Notes under the pieces: model-generated | Told to the model about the DNA's origin: nothing | The model's input: only the letters and a program-made list of their open reading frames with translations | The model's database searches: none | DNA from: an uncultured Candidatus Saccharibacteria bacterium | GTDB lineage: Bacteria > Patescibacteriota > Minisyncoccia > Phycocordibacterales > CAIZLB01 | Assembly (NCBI GenBank): GCA_964467385.1 | Contig: CAYXQC010000002.1 | Location: 65,625 to 129,624 of the forward strand | Direction of reading: 5' to 3' | Length of the DNA stretch: 64,000 bases | Shown: one piece after another, positions 1 through 9,179 of the stretch | Position numbering within the stretch: the stretch's first letter is position 1 | Layout of the letters: every line of letters begins with the position of its first letter | Made by a program: the position numbers and the translations under genes

Positions 1-1
1 A

Positions 2-1657
2 GATTACACAAAAGCCCTCAAGGAACAGGTTGTATTTCAACCACGATCAGTTGGTGGAATTAAAGCTCCACATTTTGTGATGTATGTAAAAGATTATTTA
101 GAAAAAAAATATGGCGATTCTCTCCTTGAAACTGGCGGTTTTAAAGTAATCACAACCCTTGATTGGGACTTACAACAAAAAGCTGAGTCTATTGTTGGAA
201 AATACGTTAAAACAAACGAAACAAAGTTTAAAGCATCAAATGCCGCACTTACAGCAATAGACCCGCGAAATGGCCAAATTTTAGTAATGGTAGGCTCACG
301 AGATTACTTTGACAAAGACATTGATGGTAATTTCAACGTAGCGCTTGCACACAGACAACCAGGTTCAGCATTTAAACCTTTTGTATATGCAACTGCCTTT
401 AACAAAGGTGTGACACCTAGTACCCCTGTATATGACGTTCCAACACAATTCAACGCTTCATGTGACGCAAACAATAACCCTGTATTTCCAAATGCAAAAT
501 GCTACAACCCTCAAAACTATGAAGGTGGTTTCAAAGGTCTTATGAGTGTACGAACAGCCCTAGCGGAATCACGAAACGTTCCAGCGGTACGAATGCTTTA
601 CATTGCAGGTATAACAGATTCAATTAAAACTGCTACAGACATGGGTGTACAAAACCTTGCAGGTGCTGATCAATACGGACTTTCACTTGCTCTTGGGGGT
701 GGCGAAGTTTCCCTTCTTGATATGACTGCCGCGTATGGGGTTTTTGCAAATGGTGGAGAAAAGGCTAAAGTTAGCCCTATTTTGGAAATTATTTCAAATA
801 CAGACGATGAACAAATTGAAGAATTTTCAACCTCAACAAAGCAGGTTATTCCAAAACAAACGGCACTTCTTATGAACGATGTATTAGGTGACCCATACGC
901 TCGAGCTGCTATTTTTGGATCACGATACTTCGGTGATAGACAAGTTGCAGTTAAGACCGGTACTACAAACAATTCACGTGACGCTTGGGAAATTGGATAC
1001 ACACCTAGTATTTCAATGGGTGCTTGGATGGGTAACAACGACAATACTCCAATGGTTCAACAAGCCTCAGCTCGAATTATTGGACCAATGTGGAAAGAAT
1101 TTATGGATTATGTATTATCTCGTGTTCCAGATGAGAATTTCGAAGAACCAGAACCTATTGCAAGTAGCACAAAACCATTCCTTCTTGGTTCATGGAGAGG
1201 GCCTGGGTATGAAGTACACTCTGAACTCTATTGGATCAATAAAAATGACGTAACAGGTGAAGCCCCTGGATACAACTCAAAAGACTCTTTGTTTAATTTA
1301 TTTGAAATCGGTGTACAAAACTGGGCAACAGGCCAAGGCGCTTCACTTATCGGAGTAACACCACCTAACACAAACAGTACACCAGTAGGGTTCACAATCT
1401 CATCACCAACCGCTGGTAGTTCAGTTAGAACAGATGAACGTGTAACCATATCTGTAGCAGGTTTCAGTGACCAGACAAACCAAGTTGAATATTATATTAA
1501 CAACACCCTTATAGGAAAATCCCTTGAATCACCTTTTAGTTTCTCATTTATACCATCAACTATCCCAAATATTGAACCTGAAAATGAGATTAAGGCTGTT
1601 GCAACAGACAGATTAGGTAAATACCAAGAAGCTAAAGGTATTTTCACTATTAAATAA
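2..1657 (+). CDS. Class A penicillin-binding protein (PBP1A family), transpeptidase domain plus C-terminal Ig-like domain; 5' end truncated by the window
   Basis: Motifs RQPGSAFK (SxxK), SRN (SxN) and KTGT; the frame is open back to base 2 (DYTKALKEQ...KAPHFV); the tail FTISSPTAGSSV...VEYYINNTLIG is Ig-like. Confidence 0.92.
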   Translation, partial: DYTKALKEQVVFQPRSVGGIKAPHFVMYVKDYLEKKYGDSLLETGGFKVITTLDWDLQQKAESIVGKYVKTNETKFKASNAALTAIDPRNGQILVMVGSRDYFDKDIDGNFNVALAHRQPGSAFKPFVYATAFNKGVTPSTPVYDVPTQFNASCDANNNPVFPNAKCYNPQNYEGGFKGLMSVRTALAESRNVPAVRMLYIAGITDSIKTATDMGVQNLAGADQYGLSLALGGGEVSLLDMTAAYGVFANGGEKAKVSPILEIISNTDDEQIEEFSTSTKQVIPKQTALLMNDVLGDPYARAAIFGSRYFGDRQVAVKTGTTNNSRDAWEIGYTPSISMGAWMGNNDNTPMVQQASARIIGPMWKEFMDYVLSRVPDENFEEPEPIASSTKPFLLGSWRGPGYEVHSELYWINKNDVTGEAPGYNSKDSLFNLFEIGVQNWATGQGASLIGVTPPNTNSTPVGFTISSPTAGSSVRTDERVTISVAGFSDQTNQVEYYINNTLIGKSLESPFSFSFIPSTIPNIEPENEIKAVATDRLGKYQEAKGIFTIK

Positions 1658-1940
1658 ACATAATATCTTTATAAATAAGGTCTTTTTGAGTTTCTTTGTT
1701 TTTAATATTCAAAAATTCAATCAAATCTGCCTTTTTACTAAAAATAAGGTTTTTAAGGACGGGGTGAGCTTTAATTTGAAGGTTGTTTCCTTTAATTTCT
1801 ATGTTTTGATCGGTAAAATCTAACTTTTCAAAGTGAATAGTAGTGAAAAATTCCTGTAAGTAGCCTAAAATAAGGACTTTTTCCTTTTTAGGGTCTGGTA
1901 TTATCTTAAATTTAGCTAAAAAATCGGCTATATTCTTCAT
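1650..1940 (-). CDS. Small hypothetical protein, candidate DUF721/DciA-like helicase loader
   Basis: 96 aa directly downstream of dnaN; IEIKGNNLQIKAHPVLKNLIFSKKADLIEFLN resembles the DUF721 beta-beta-helix pattern. Confidence 0.45.
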   Translation of the reverse strand: MKNIADFLAKFKIIPDPKKEKVLILGYLQEFFTTIHFEKLDFTDQNIEIKGNNLQIKAHPVLKNLIFSKKADLIEFLNIKNKETQKDLIYKDIMFI

Positions 1941-1965
1941 GTTTATACCTTAGTGATTAAATTCA

Positions 1966-2026
1966 TTATTCACATAGCCAGTAGTACTGCTGTATGGTTG
2001 TGCACTTTTACACATATTTATCCACA
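1966..2026 (+). promoter_or_regulatory. DnaA boxes downstream of dnaN
   Basis: TTATTCACA at 1966-1974 and TTATCCACA at 2018-2026. Confidence 0.65.
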
Positions 2027-2035
2027 GTTTAAATC

Positions 2036-3142
2036 TTACCTATTCATAGGCATCACTAGATAAGTAAAACTCTCATCTCCTACGGGTTTAATCACAAGTG
2101 GTCGTCCAGGACCTGCAAATTGAAAATTAAGACTATCTGAATTCATTGAAACTAAACTATCGTTAATGTACCTATAATTGAAGTTAATATCGATATCTTT
2201 TCCTTCAAGAACAGCTGTTACATCAGTAGCAATTTCACCCACTTCGTTGTTTTTGGTGGTAATTTGAAGTTTTTTAGCAAGAATATCTACTAAAAACTTC
2301 ACATGAAAGAACGCATCACTAAAGATGGTGCTTAATTTAATTGCATTTGTAAGATCTTGCTTAAGAACAGTAATATTTGTAATAAACTCTTTAGGAATAA
2401 TCGCCTTATAATCAGGAAAGTTCCCTTCAATAGTCCGAGAAACCATATAAATACCTTGTAAAATAAGAGCTATTTGATTCTCATCAATCAAAATCTCAAT
2501 TTCACCCTCGGTATCATCAAAAATTCGTATAACCTCACTTGCATTCTTAAAAGGGATGAGAATATGCTTAAAATCAGGCAGATCTTTAGCTTTAATTTTC
2601 TTTTCTGCAAGACGAAAACCATCGGTTGCAACAAATACAAGATTGTTTTCAAAAGGATAAACACGAACACTTGAAAGCTCTGGTTTAATACTAGAAGTTG
2701 CAGAGCTATACCAAACAGCCTTTAGACCAGAAATAAACGCCCTAGCATCAATTTTTAAGCTTTTAGAGCTATCCGTATCAACTTTTGGAATACTCGGATA
2801 ATCATCTACAGGAAAGGATTTAACAACTGTGCTGTTTTTAGAGGTTTTTACATAAAGATTAGACTCTTTAACCTCAAGGCTTACTGATTTTTCATTTGAA
2901 AGTTGAGAAAGGAAGCTTGCAAGGATGTTCCCTGGTACAGCAACAGAACCCTCTTCTTGAACATCTACTGGAATCTTAATCTCAAGTCCGATATCTAGGT
3001 TTGTCGATCGAATAAAAAGACTACCATCCTTTGCTTCTAATAAGACACACTTAAGGACAGGTAAGGTAGCATTCTTACTTGTGACTTTTTCTGCTTTCTG
3101 TACGGCGTTTACTAGTTTTTCTCTAATTGCTGTTATCCTCAT
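2036..3142 (-). CDS. dnaN: DNA polymerase III beta sliding clamp
   Basis: 368 aa; ATDGFRLA, GNFPDY, C-terminal YLVMPM; follows dnaA. Confidence 0.98.
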   Translation of the reverse strand: MRITAIREKLVNAVQKAEKVTSKNATLPVLKCVLLEAKDGSLFIRSTNLDIGLEIKIPVDVQEEGSVAVPGNILASFLSQLSNEKSVSLEVKESNLYVKTSKNSTVVKSFPVDDYPSIPKVDTDSSKSLKIDARAFISGLKAVWYSSATSSIKPELSSVRVYPFENNLVFVATDGFRLAEKKIKAKDLPDFKHILIPFKNASEVIRIFDDTEGEIEILIDENQIALILQGIYMVSRTIEGNFPDYKAIIPKEFITNITVLKQDLTNAIKLSTIFSDAFFHVKFLVDILAKKLQITTKNNEVGEIATDVTAVLEGKDIDINFNYRYINDSLVSMNSDSLNFQFAGPGRPLVIKPVGDESFTYLVMPMNR

Positions 3143-3457
3143 GTTTCTTTTATTTTATATTATTAAATACAGTTATTATTATTAGTACGGTGGAAAAGTG
3201 TATAACTCTTTAAACTGGCTTAAAATCAAATCGTAATCCGGCTAGCGGGTGTGGATTTAAGGTGGAATTTAAAAGAATAACTTTGTGGATATTCAGATTG
3301 TACACAAAAGAGGTGAATTTATCCTCAAATTATTCTAAAGAAATCCCCGACTTATCCCCAACTGACATAAGGATTTATACACAGTATCCACAGGGTTATC
3401 CACATATGTAGATAAGTCCTTTATGGGTATATAGATGTCTTATATCTTCCCAATGAT
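3143..3457. promoter_or_regulatory. oriC: Replication origin oriC (dnaA-dnaN intergenic)
   Basis: DnaA boxes TTATACACA 3375, GTATCCACA 3384, TTATCCACA 3396, TGTAGATAA 3407, TTATCCCCA 3352, TTATCCTCA 3319 and TGTGGATAT 3284; trio array at 3173-3187; AT-rich tract before dnaN; the + strand looks A/C-rich to the left and G/T-rich to the right. Confidence 0.9.
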
Positions 3458-4792
3458 CTAAATCAATGTCCTTATCTGATTAAGCTCGTTAATAAGGTTA
3501 GGGTCTGACTTTAATTCATTTTTAATCTTATCGCACGAGTGCATGACAGTGGTATGATCTCGGTTTCCTAGTTTTTGTCCTATAGATGGAAATGAGATAT
3601 TGTAATCCTCTCTTAGGATGTACATAGTGAGTTGGCGTGGTTTAACCACCTCCTGTCTTCGGGTCTTGTTGTAGATACTTTCCTCTTCTATGTTGTAGAA
3701 AGCTGAAACTGCTTTTACTACATCTTTTACAGAGATGGTTTTTTGAGGTTTTGTTGAGTCTTTTGTTTGTTGTTTTACCTCGTTGAGGGTTAAATCTCGG
3801 CCTTTTAGTTGGCTCTGGCAAATAATACCATTCAAAGTACCTTCAAGTTCCCGAATACTACCGTGTACTACTGAGGCGATGTAAAAAGCCACCTCTGGTT
3901 GAAGGTTGAAATTGTTCTGTTGTGCCTTTGTCTGAAGGATTGCAATCTTTGACTCGGTATCGAGAGGTGAAATGTCGATAATCATACCCGCGAGGAATCG
4001 TGATTTTAGGCGATCCTCGAGGTTTTGGAGGTAGTTCGGGTGAACATCTGATGAAAAGACAATCTGCTTGTTGCTATCATACATGTAGTTGAAAAGGTGG
4101 AAGAGTTCCTCTTGGGTTTTCTCTTTATCGGACATGAACTGAATATCGTCGATAATAAGGACATCGTATTTTCGGTACTTTTCCTTAAAGTTGTTTACTT
4201 TATTGGTCTGAACAGCGTTCACATAATCAACTGTAAAACGTTCTGAAGTCACATAGTGAATACGTTTCTCTTTGTGATGAGTCTTAATACTATTCCCTAT
4301 TGCCTGCATGAGGTGAGTTTTACCTAAACCAGTGTTTCCATAGAAGAAAAGGGGGTTATAGGCAACTGGCTTTTTGATAATCGCCTGTGAAGCAGCGTAG
4401 GCAAGCTCGTTAAAAGGGCCAACAACAAAGGTTTCGAAGGTGTATCGAGGGTTAAGGTTGTCTTCTGGGTTAATATAGAGCGAATTGAGAGGAAGCTCTT
4501 TGGTAGAAGTTTGGATTTCTGTAATATGTTCTTCCTTCTTTTTGTGTGTAGGTGCAATAATATATTCGATAGCGCGAATGCTCTCTACAGTGGCTCTAAG
4601 GTACTCCAAAATCTGCTTGTGAAATCGTTTTACGATCCAGTCTTTTACAAAAGTGTTAGGCATAGCGAGATATACTGTGCCTGAATCTATTTTTGAGATG
4701 TAGATATCCTTAAACCAAGTGGAAAAATTAGCCTTAGTAACTTGTAGTTCTATCTTTACTAAAACTGAATCCCATAAGGTTTTGCTATCCAT
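3458..4792 (-). CDS. dnaA: Chromosomal replication initiator DnaA
   Basis: YNPLFFYGNTGLGKTHL Walker A, IIDDIQF, QEELFHLFN, domain IV RDHTTVMH. Confidence 0.99.
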   Translation of the reverse strand: MDSKTLWDSVLVKIELQVTKANFSTWFKDIYISKIDSGTVYLAMPNTFVKDWIVKRFHKQILEYLRATVESIRAIEYIIAPTHKKKEEHITEIQTSTKELPLNSLYINPEDNLNPRYTFETFVVGPFNELAYAASQAIIKKPVAYNPLFFYGNTGLGKTHLMQAIGNSIKTHHKEKRIHYVTSERFTVDYVNAVQTNKVNNFKEKYRKYDVLIIDDIQFMSDKEKTQEELFHLFNYMYDSNKQIVFSSDVHPNYLQNLEDRLKSRFLAGMIIDISPLDTESKIAILQTKAQQNNFNLQPEVAFYIASVVHGSIRELEGTLNGIICQSQLKGRDLTLNEVKQQTKDSTKPQKTISVKDVVKAVSAFYNIEEESIYNKTRRQEVVKPRQLTMYILREDYNISFPSIGQKLGNRDHTTVMHSCDKIKNELKSDPNLINELNQIRTLI

Positions 4793-4865
4793 GGTGCAAA
4801 CATTATAGCCCTTCGTTTTTTAAATAGAACTTGAAAAAAGTTCAGAAATGATATACAGTTGTCTC

Positions 4866-5012
4866 ATGTCACGAACATATCAACCTAAAAAGAGAAAGAG
4901 AGCAAAGACTCATGGATTCCTTGTTCGTTCTAAGACTCACGGCGGCCGACGGACTTTACAGGCTCGACGAAGAAAAGGACGAGCTAAGCTAACTGTAAAG
5001 AAGGCTAAATAA
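4866..5012 (+). CDS. rpmH: 50S ribosomal protein L34 (missing from the ORF track, 48 aa)
   Basis: Manual translation [48 protein letters not shown]; divergent from dnaA. Confidence 0.97.
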   Translation: MSRTYQPKKRKRAKTHGFLVRSKTHGGRRTLQARRRKGRAKLTVKKAK

Positions 5013-5032
5013 TCTGTTTCTTTTGATTAATT

Positions 5033-5389
5033 ATGAATAGCAAAGAAATTAGCACACTAATTTCACAAGGAAGAGCTTACAATTCAAGCTCTTTTTTGTT
5101 GCGCGTTATGAAAAGTAGTGATGTTGTTAGGTATTTTGGTGAAAAAACAACACAGAACAAAAAAACCAGAGCAGTCTCTTATATAGTATCCAAGAAAATA
5201 TTTAAAACAGCTATTACTCGAAATAAAGCAAAAAGAAGACTTCGAAATGCATTTATGCAGGCTTGTTCTGTGATTGGTGATAATTTTAAAGGATGGAATA
5301 TGGCTTTTAGTGCTAAAAAAGATGTGAATAGTGTGGAATTTTCAGATCTTCTTAATGAAATGAAAGCAACACTTGTGAAGGTGGTCTAA
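5033..5389 (+). CDS. rnpA: Ribonuclease P protein component
   Basis: VSKKIFKTAITRNKAKRRLR RNR motif; rpmH-rnpA-yidC synteny. Confidence 0.9.
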   Translation: MNSKEISTLISQGRAYNSSSFLLRVMKSSDVVRYFGEKTTQNKKTRAVSYIVSKKIFKTAITRNKAKRRLRNAFMQACSVIGDNFKGWNMAFSAKKDVNSVEFSDLLNEMKATLVKVV

Positions 5390-5416
5390 AAAAACCCTTG
5401 ATGGTACTATACAGAA

Positions 5417-6139
5417 ATGTTTCATACACTTTTTTACGATCCAATTTACAACCTGCTTGTTTATGTGATTGATCTTATTCCTGGTGGAGACGTTGGTCTT
5501 GCTACTATTATAGTTACTTGTGTTGTGAAGATTATACTCTTCCCTCTCTCAAAGAAGGCTACCAAGACACAGCTTAAGATGAAACAACTCGAACCCGAGC
5601 TTGCAAAGATTAAAGAACAATATGGAAGTAACCGAGAAGAGTTTGGACGAAAGACACTTGAGTTTTATAGAAAGAATGAACTCAATCCTTTTGCAAGTTT
5701 CTTTCTGATTCTTATTCAGTTGCCAATCATTATTGCACTTGCCTATATTTTTATTAGTGGAGGACTCCCTCTTATTAAAACAGAACTCCTTTACTCGTTT
5801 ATAACTGTTCCGTCTACTGTTTCAACTCTCTTTTTTGGATTAGTTGATGTAAGTAAAACAAGCCTAATTCTTAGTATTCTTGCAGGACTCGCACAGTTTG
5901 TGCAGATTCGATACTCAGTGCCTGCGTATACACCCCCGGCTGAAGGTTCTAAAAATAAAAGCACACTTGGTGATGATTTTGCGCGAAGTATGAATGTGCA
6001 AATGCGGTATGTGATGCCTATCTTTATGTTTGTAGTGTGTCTCACAGTATCAGGTGCGGTTGCGCTTTACTGGATTACTGGAAGTTTGTTTGCTATTGGG
6101 CAGGAGTTGTATTTCAGGAATACAATAAAGAAAGCTTAG
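5417..6139 (+). CDS. yidC: Membrane protein insertase YidC/Oxa1 (short form)
   Basis: ILFPL...MKQLEPEL, LIQLPI, ALYW motifs; synteny. Confidence 0.95.
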   Translation: MFHTLFYDPIYNLLVYVIDLIPGGDVGLATIIVTCVVKIILFPLSKKATKTQLKMKQLEPELAKIKEQYGSNREEFGRKTLEFYRKNELNPFASFFLILIQLPIIIALAYIFISGGLPLIKTELLYSFITVPSTVSTLFFGLVDVSKTSLILSILAGLAQFVQIRYSVPAYTPPAEGSKNKSTLGDDFARSMNVQMRYVMPIFMFVVCLTVSGAVALYWITGSLFAIGQELYFRNTIKKA

Positions 6140-6167
6140 TAAATCCTTTTCTTCGTTTTGAAGTTCT

Positions 6168-7643
6168 TTATCTAGTGGTAGAACTTGCTACAGAAGATGA
6201 AGCGCGGTTCAAAGTATCAAGCGGGTTTGTCGTGTCTAAAATAACAGGTTCAACAAGTTGAAGTCCCCAGAGTGTGAGGTCAATTTTGTTTGTGAATACA
6301 AGGTAGTCATCAGTTGGGCTAATACTCAAGTTCGTCGCATCGATTACTTGGCCGCTCTCTTTTTGGATAGACATAACAAGTCGAGTTTCACCTGTGTCTA
6401 GATTGATTTTCCAAACTGAATCTGCAAAGTTGATCTGGCCCTGATACCAAATGTCGGGATATGTTCCGAATGCAATGTTGTCAGGAAGCGCACAGTAGAG
6501 TGTGTTTTTTTCTTGCTTTGCCCAAACACATTTTTCAGGAAGTGTTTTGAATGGGAATGTGAAAACTGATCGGCTTTTTGTATCAAGTAGATAAAGTCCA
6601 ATGCTACCCTGTTCACTTTTACTGAATACTACTTTTGTAGTGTCTGGAGAAGTGAGTGTTGTAAGACCGTAAATATTTCCAAGTACTCTTATGACTTCTT
6701 GTGTTGTTGGATTGAGATTGTACAAAAATCCGGGAGCAAAACCTGATGCTTTTGTAGTGAGTGTAATTGTTTTTGCGCTTGGCCATGAAGAAATCCATTC
6801 GCGATATGGTGTGTCGTAAATTCCTACAATAGATCCGCCATCAACTTTTGAAAGAAGACCTCTTGTACCGGTGTTTGAAATTGAAAAGAGTTGTGTTTTG
6901 TCTGGGGAGACAGAAACGCTTGTAAGATCGATTGGTAAATCTTTAAGGTCCAGTGAAGTACTTAACCCTTCAGATGCTTCAGTTGTTGTTGATTTTATAA
7001 TAGAAGCATATCGAGTACTTATCATATCAGAATCCCCTACTAAACCACGTAAAATAAGGTCATTTCCTTGGTTTACAAAAAGTGCCTCATAGATTTTTGG
7101 TTCAGTTTGGTTTGATATTTTTTCTTTGGCCAGTGTATTTGTAGCTGTATCAAAGATGTGGCCAGTACCACGTTCGATGTATCGGATTACTTGTCTATAA
7201 CCAATAATTTTTGGTTTTTTTGTAGGTGCTGTGTTCTTTTTTACAGTTCCATTTGATGTACTTGCAGTAAGGTTTATTGATGAATCTGCAGGCTCTACGT
7301 TTTTTACAACCGGAATTACTTCGTATACAGGGATGGTAATAAAGTCAGATCCAGCTGTTGGAGACTCACTAATCAGTCTAAGTTTTGGAATTTGTGGAGT
7401 TGTTGTAGCTGTTTTTGTTGGTAAATTTAGATCACCATCTGTGCTATTTTGTGAACTTGTGTTCGTGTCGATATCAGGATTGTATCCGCCGAAATTTGTT
7501 CGATTTTTTGCAACGTTTGTAGTTGGAGTGGATGTCTTGTTTTTTGTGTAAAAATAAAAGCCAACAAGTCCACCTATAACAATACTTGTTATTAGAATGA
7601 TAATGATGGCAATTATTCGGTTTCTCGAAGAAGAGTCTCGCAT
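6168..7643 (-). CDS. Membrane-anchored extracellular protein with a probable beta-propeller domain (T4SS-like locus)
   Basis: N-terminal TM, Thr/Asn-rich linker, repeated SPD-type blades (VSPDKTQ, TSPDTTK, ISPTDDYL). Confidence 0.6.
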   Translation of the reverse strand: MRDSSSRNRIIAIIIILITSIVIGGLVGFYFYTKNKTSTPTTNVAKNRTNFGGYNPDIDTNTSSQNSTDGDLNLPTKTATTTPQIPKLRLISESPTAGSDFITIPVYEVIPVVKNVEPADSSINLTASTSNGTVKKNTAPTKKPKIIGYRQVIRYIERGTGHIFDTATNTLAKEKISNQTEPKIYEALFVNQGNDLILRGLVGDSDMISTRYASIIKSTTTEASEGLSTSLDLKDLPIDLTSVSVSPDKTQLFSISNTGTRGLLSKVDGGSIVGIYDTPYREWISSWPSAKTITLTTKASGFAPGFLYNLNPTTQEVIRVLGNIYGLTTLTSPDTTKVVFSKSEQGSIGLYLLDTKSRSVFTFPFKTLPEKCVWAKQEKNTLYCALPDNIAFGTYPDIWYQGQINFADSVWKINLDTGETRLVMSIQKESGQVIDATNLSISPTDDYLVFTNKIDLTLWGLQLVEPVILDTTNPLDTLNRASSSVASSTTR

Positions 7644-7685
7644 ATGGAGTTTATATGCGTATAGTATAGCAGAAAAAAGTTTTAA

Positions 7686-9155
7686 TTAACGAATGGTTGA
7701 CCAATATGCCGCTAGCCCTTTCCATGTATTACCAACTTTACAGCTAATACATTTATCTTTTAGTAGTTGTCGTTCCATAATTTTGATTCCAACTTCAATA
7801 TTTTTGTATGGATCTTTCAGATCGTTTTCGGAATATCCTCGAGCACGTGCTTCTGCATCCACTTGTGAAAGCTGTAAAAGACCTACGGAGTTGTAGTTAA
7901 GTGGTGCAGGTTCACGAAAAACAAGTCCAGGTTTGAAGTTCGATTCTTTTTTAATAATTCCACCAATAATATTTAACCATCCTCGGAGTGAAACTTGTCC
8001 ATTTGGAAAAAATCTTGCAGCATCGCTTGGTACAATTGAAAGAATTCGAGTCCTGTTTATTTGGTCTGCAGCATACTGCTCCCAGCTTATGTTTGATATA
8101 CCTATTGGTGAGAATGATCCACCTCCTACTATACCCCCGTTAGAATAACCAGGGATACCGTTTGTTGCTCCATTTATAAGATCTTGCGTGTAAGGGTATT
8201 GTTCTGATGGTGTGGGTGTACCCCCTGAAAATTCCACGTCTACTTTTTCAATAGTGCTGTCATATTTTACAGTGTCGATAGCTAGATCACTTCGAAGGAG
8301 GTTCGGATTTACTTGTTGAAGAATAAGATAAGAACCAAGAACAATAAGAAGTCCTTCAATTGCACCCACGATTCTTTTTCTCCCTTCGCTACTTTTACTC
8401 CACGAGTCTGTAGAAACGTACTGGAGACCTCCAACTACTATCATGATTAAAGCGAGTCCTGTTGCGATAGCGATACCTATCTTATAAAGTGTTTGTAGGT
8501 ATCCACTGAGTCCCCCTCCTTTGACATCCACTTCTCCATTCGGAAAAAAAGTTCCGATTGGTGCAAGAAGTTTATATGTACCACCTGCGCCAGGGCTGAA
8601 AGTGATACCTCTTTGGTTTGCACCTACACTATCTGTGAATACTCCTGTTTTTGCTTGCTGTGCTACCTCATCGTGTCCACTAGCAAATACTGCATTGTTT
8701 TCTGCCTGTTTTGTGTCACCTACTGCTGCGTAAGCCTTTGATAGGCTATCTTTGTATTTTGCATCCGCATCCATTAGTTTCCCTAGTCTTTCATTTGTTG
8801 TCCCTTTAAAGCCGAAAACATTACTGATTGTTTCTCCAAATCCGACGCTACTATTCTGTTGTTTTACAAGTGCCCTATCTACACCAGCCTTTAGGACAGC
8901 TTCTTTTTGAGTCTGTGCAACTTCAGTGCTCATACCATTTTTGATTGCAGAATCATATACATTCTGCCCATCACGCGCAGCTTGGCTCATATCACCTGCT
9001 GCTTCAGCGTTAGGTGAAGCATGAGACCTTTGAAAAAAGTCTATTCCAGCATCATAGCTCTCGGCGAAAACTAGACCAAGGGTACTTATTGAGAAAAAAG
9101 AAAACCCAAACAAAAGGTAGATAATTAAAACCGCACTCAAACACTTTTTGAACAT
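7686..9155 (-). CDS. VirB2/TrbC-like T4SS pilin domain fused to a C-terminal lytic transglycosylase (SLT) domain
   Basis: Signal peptide; pilin hairpin YLQTLYKIGIAIATGLALIMIVVGGLQY...GRKRIVGAIEGLLIVLGSYLILQQVNPNLL; SLT motifs KESNFKP, VGLLQL, DLKDPYKNIEVG. Confidence 0.75.
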   Translation of the reverse strand: MFKKCLSAVLIIYLLFGFSFFSISTLGLVFAESYDAGIDFFQRSHASPNAEAAGDMSQAARDGQNVYDSAIKNGMSTEVAQTQKEAVLKAGVDRALVKQQNSSVGFGETISNVFGFKGTTNERLGKLMDADAKYKDSLSKAYAAVGDTKQAENNAVFASGHDEVAQQAKTGVFTDSVGANQRGITFSPGAGGTYKLLAPIGTFFPNGEVDVKGGGLSGYLQTLYKIGIAIATGLALIMIVVGGLQYVSTDSWSKSSEGRKRIVGAIEGLLIVLGSYLILQQVNPNLLRSDLAIDTVKYDSTIEKVDVEFSGGTPTPSEQYPYTQDLINGATNGIPGYSNGGIVGGGSFSPIGISNISWEQYAADQINRTRILSIVPSDAARFFPNGQVSLRGWLNIIGGIIKKESNFKPGLVFREPAPLNYNSVGLLQLSQVDAEARARGYSENDLKDPYKNIEVGIKIMERQLLKDKCISCKVGNTWKGLAAYWSTIR

Positions 9156-9179
9156 ACGCTAATTATACACGAATTTTTA

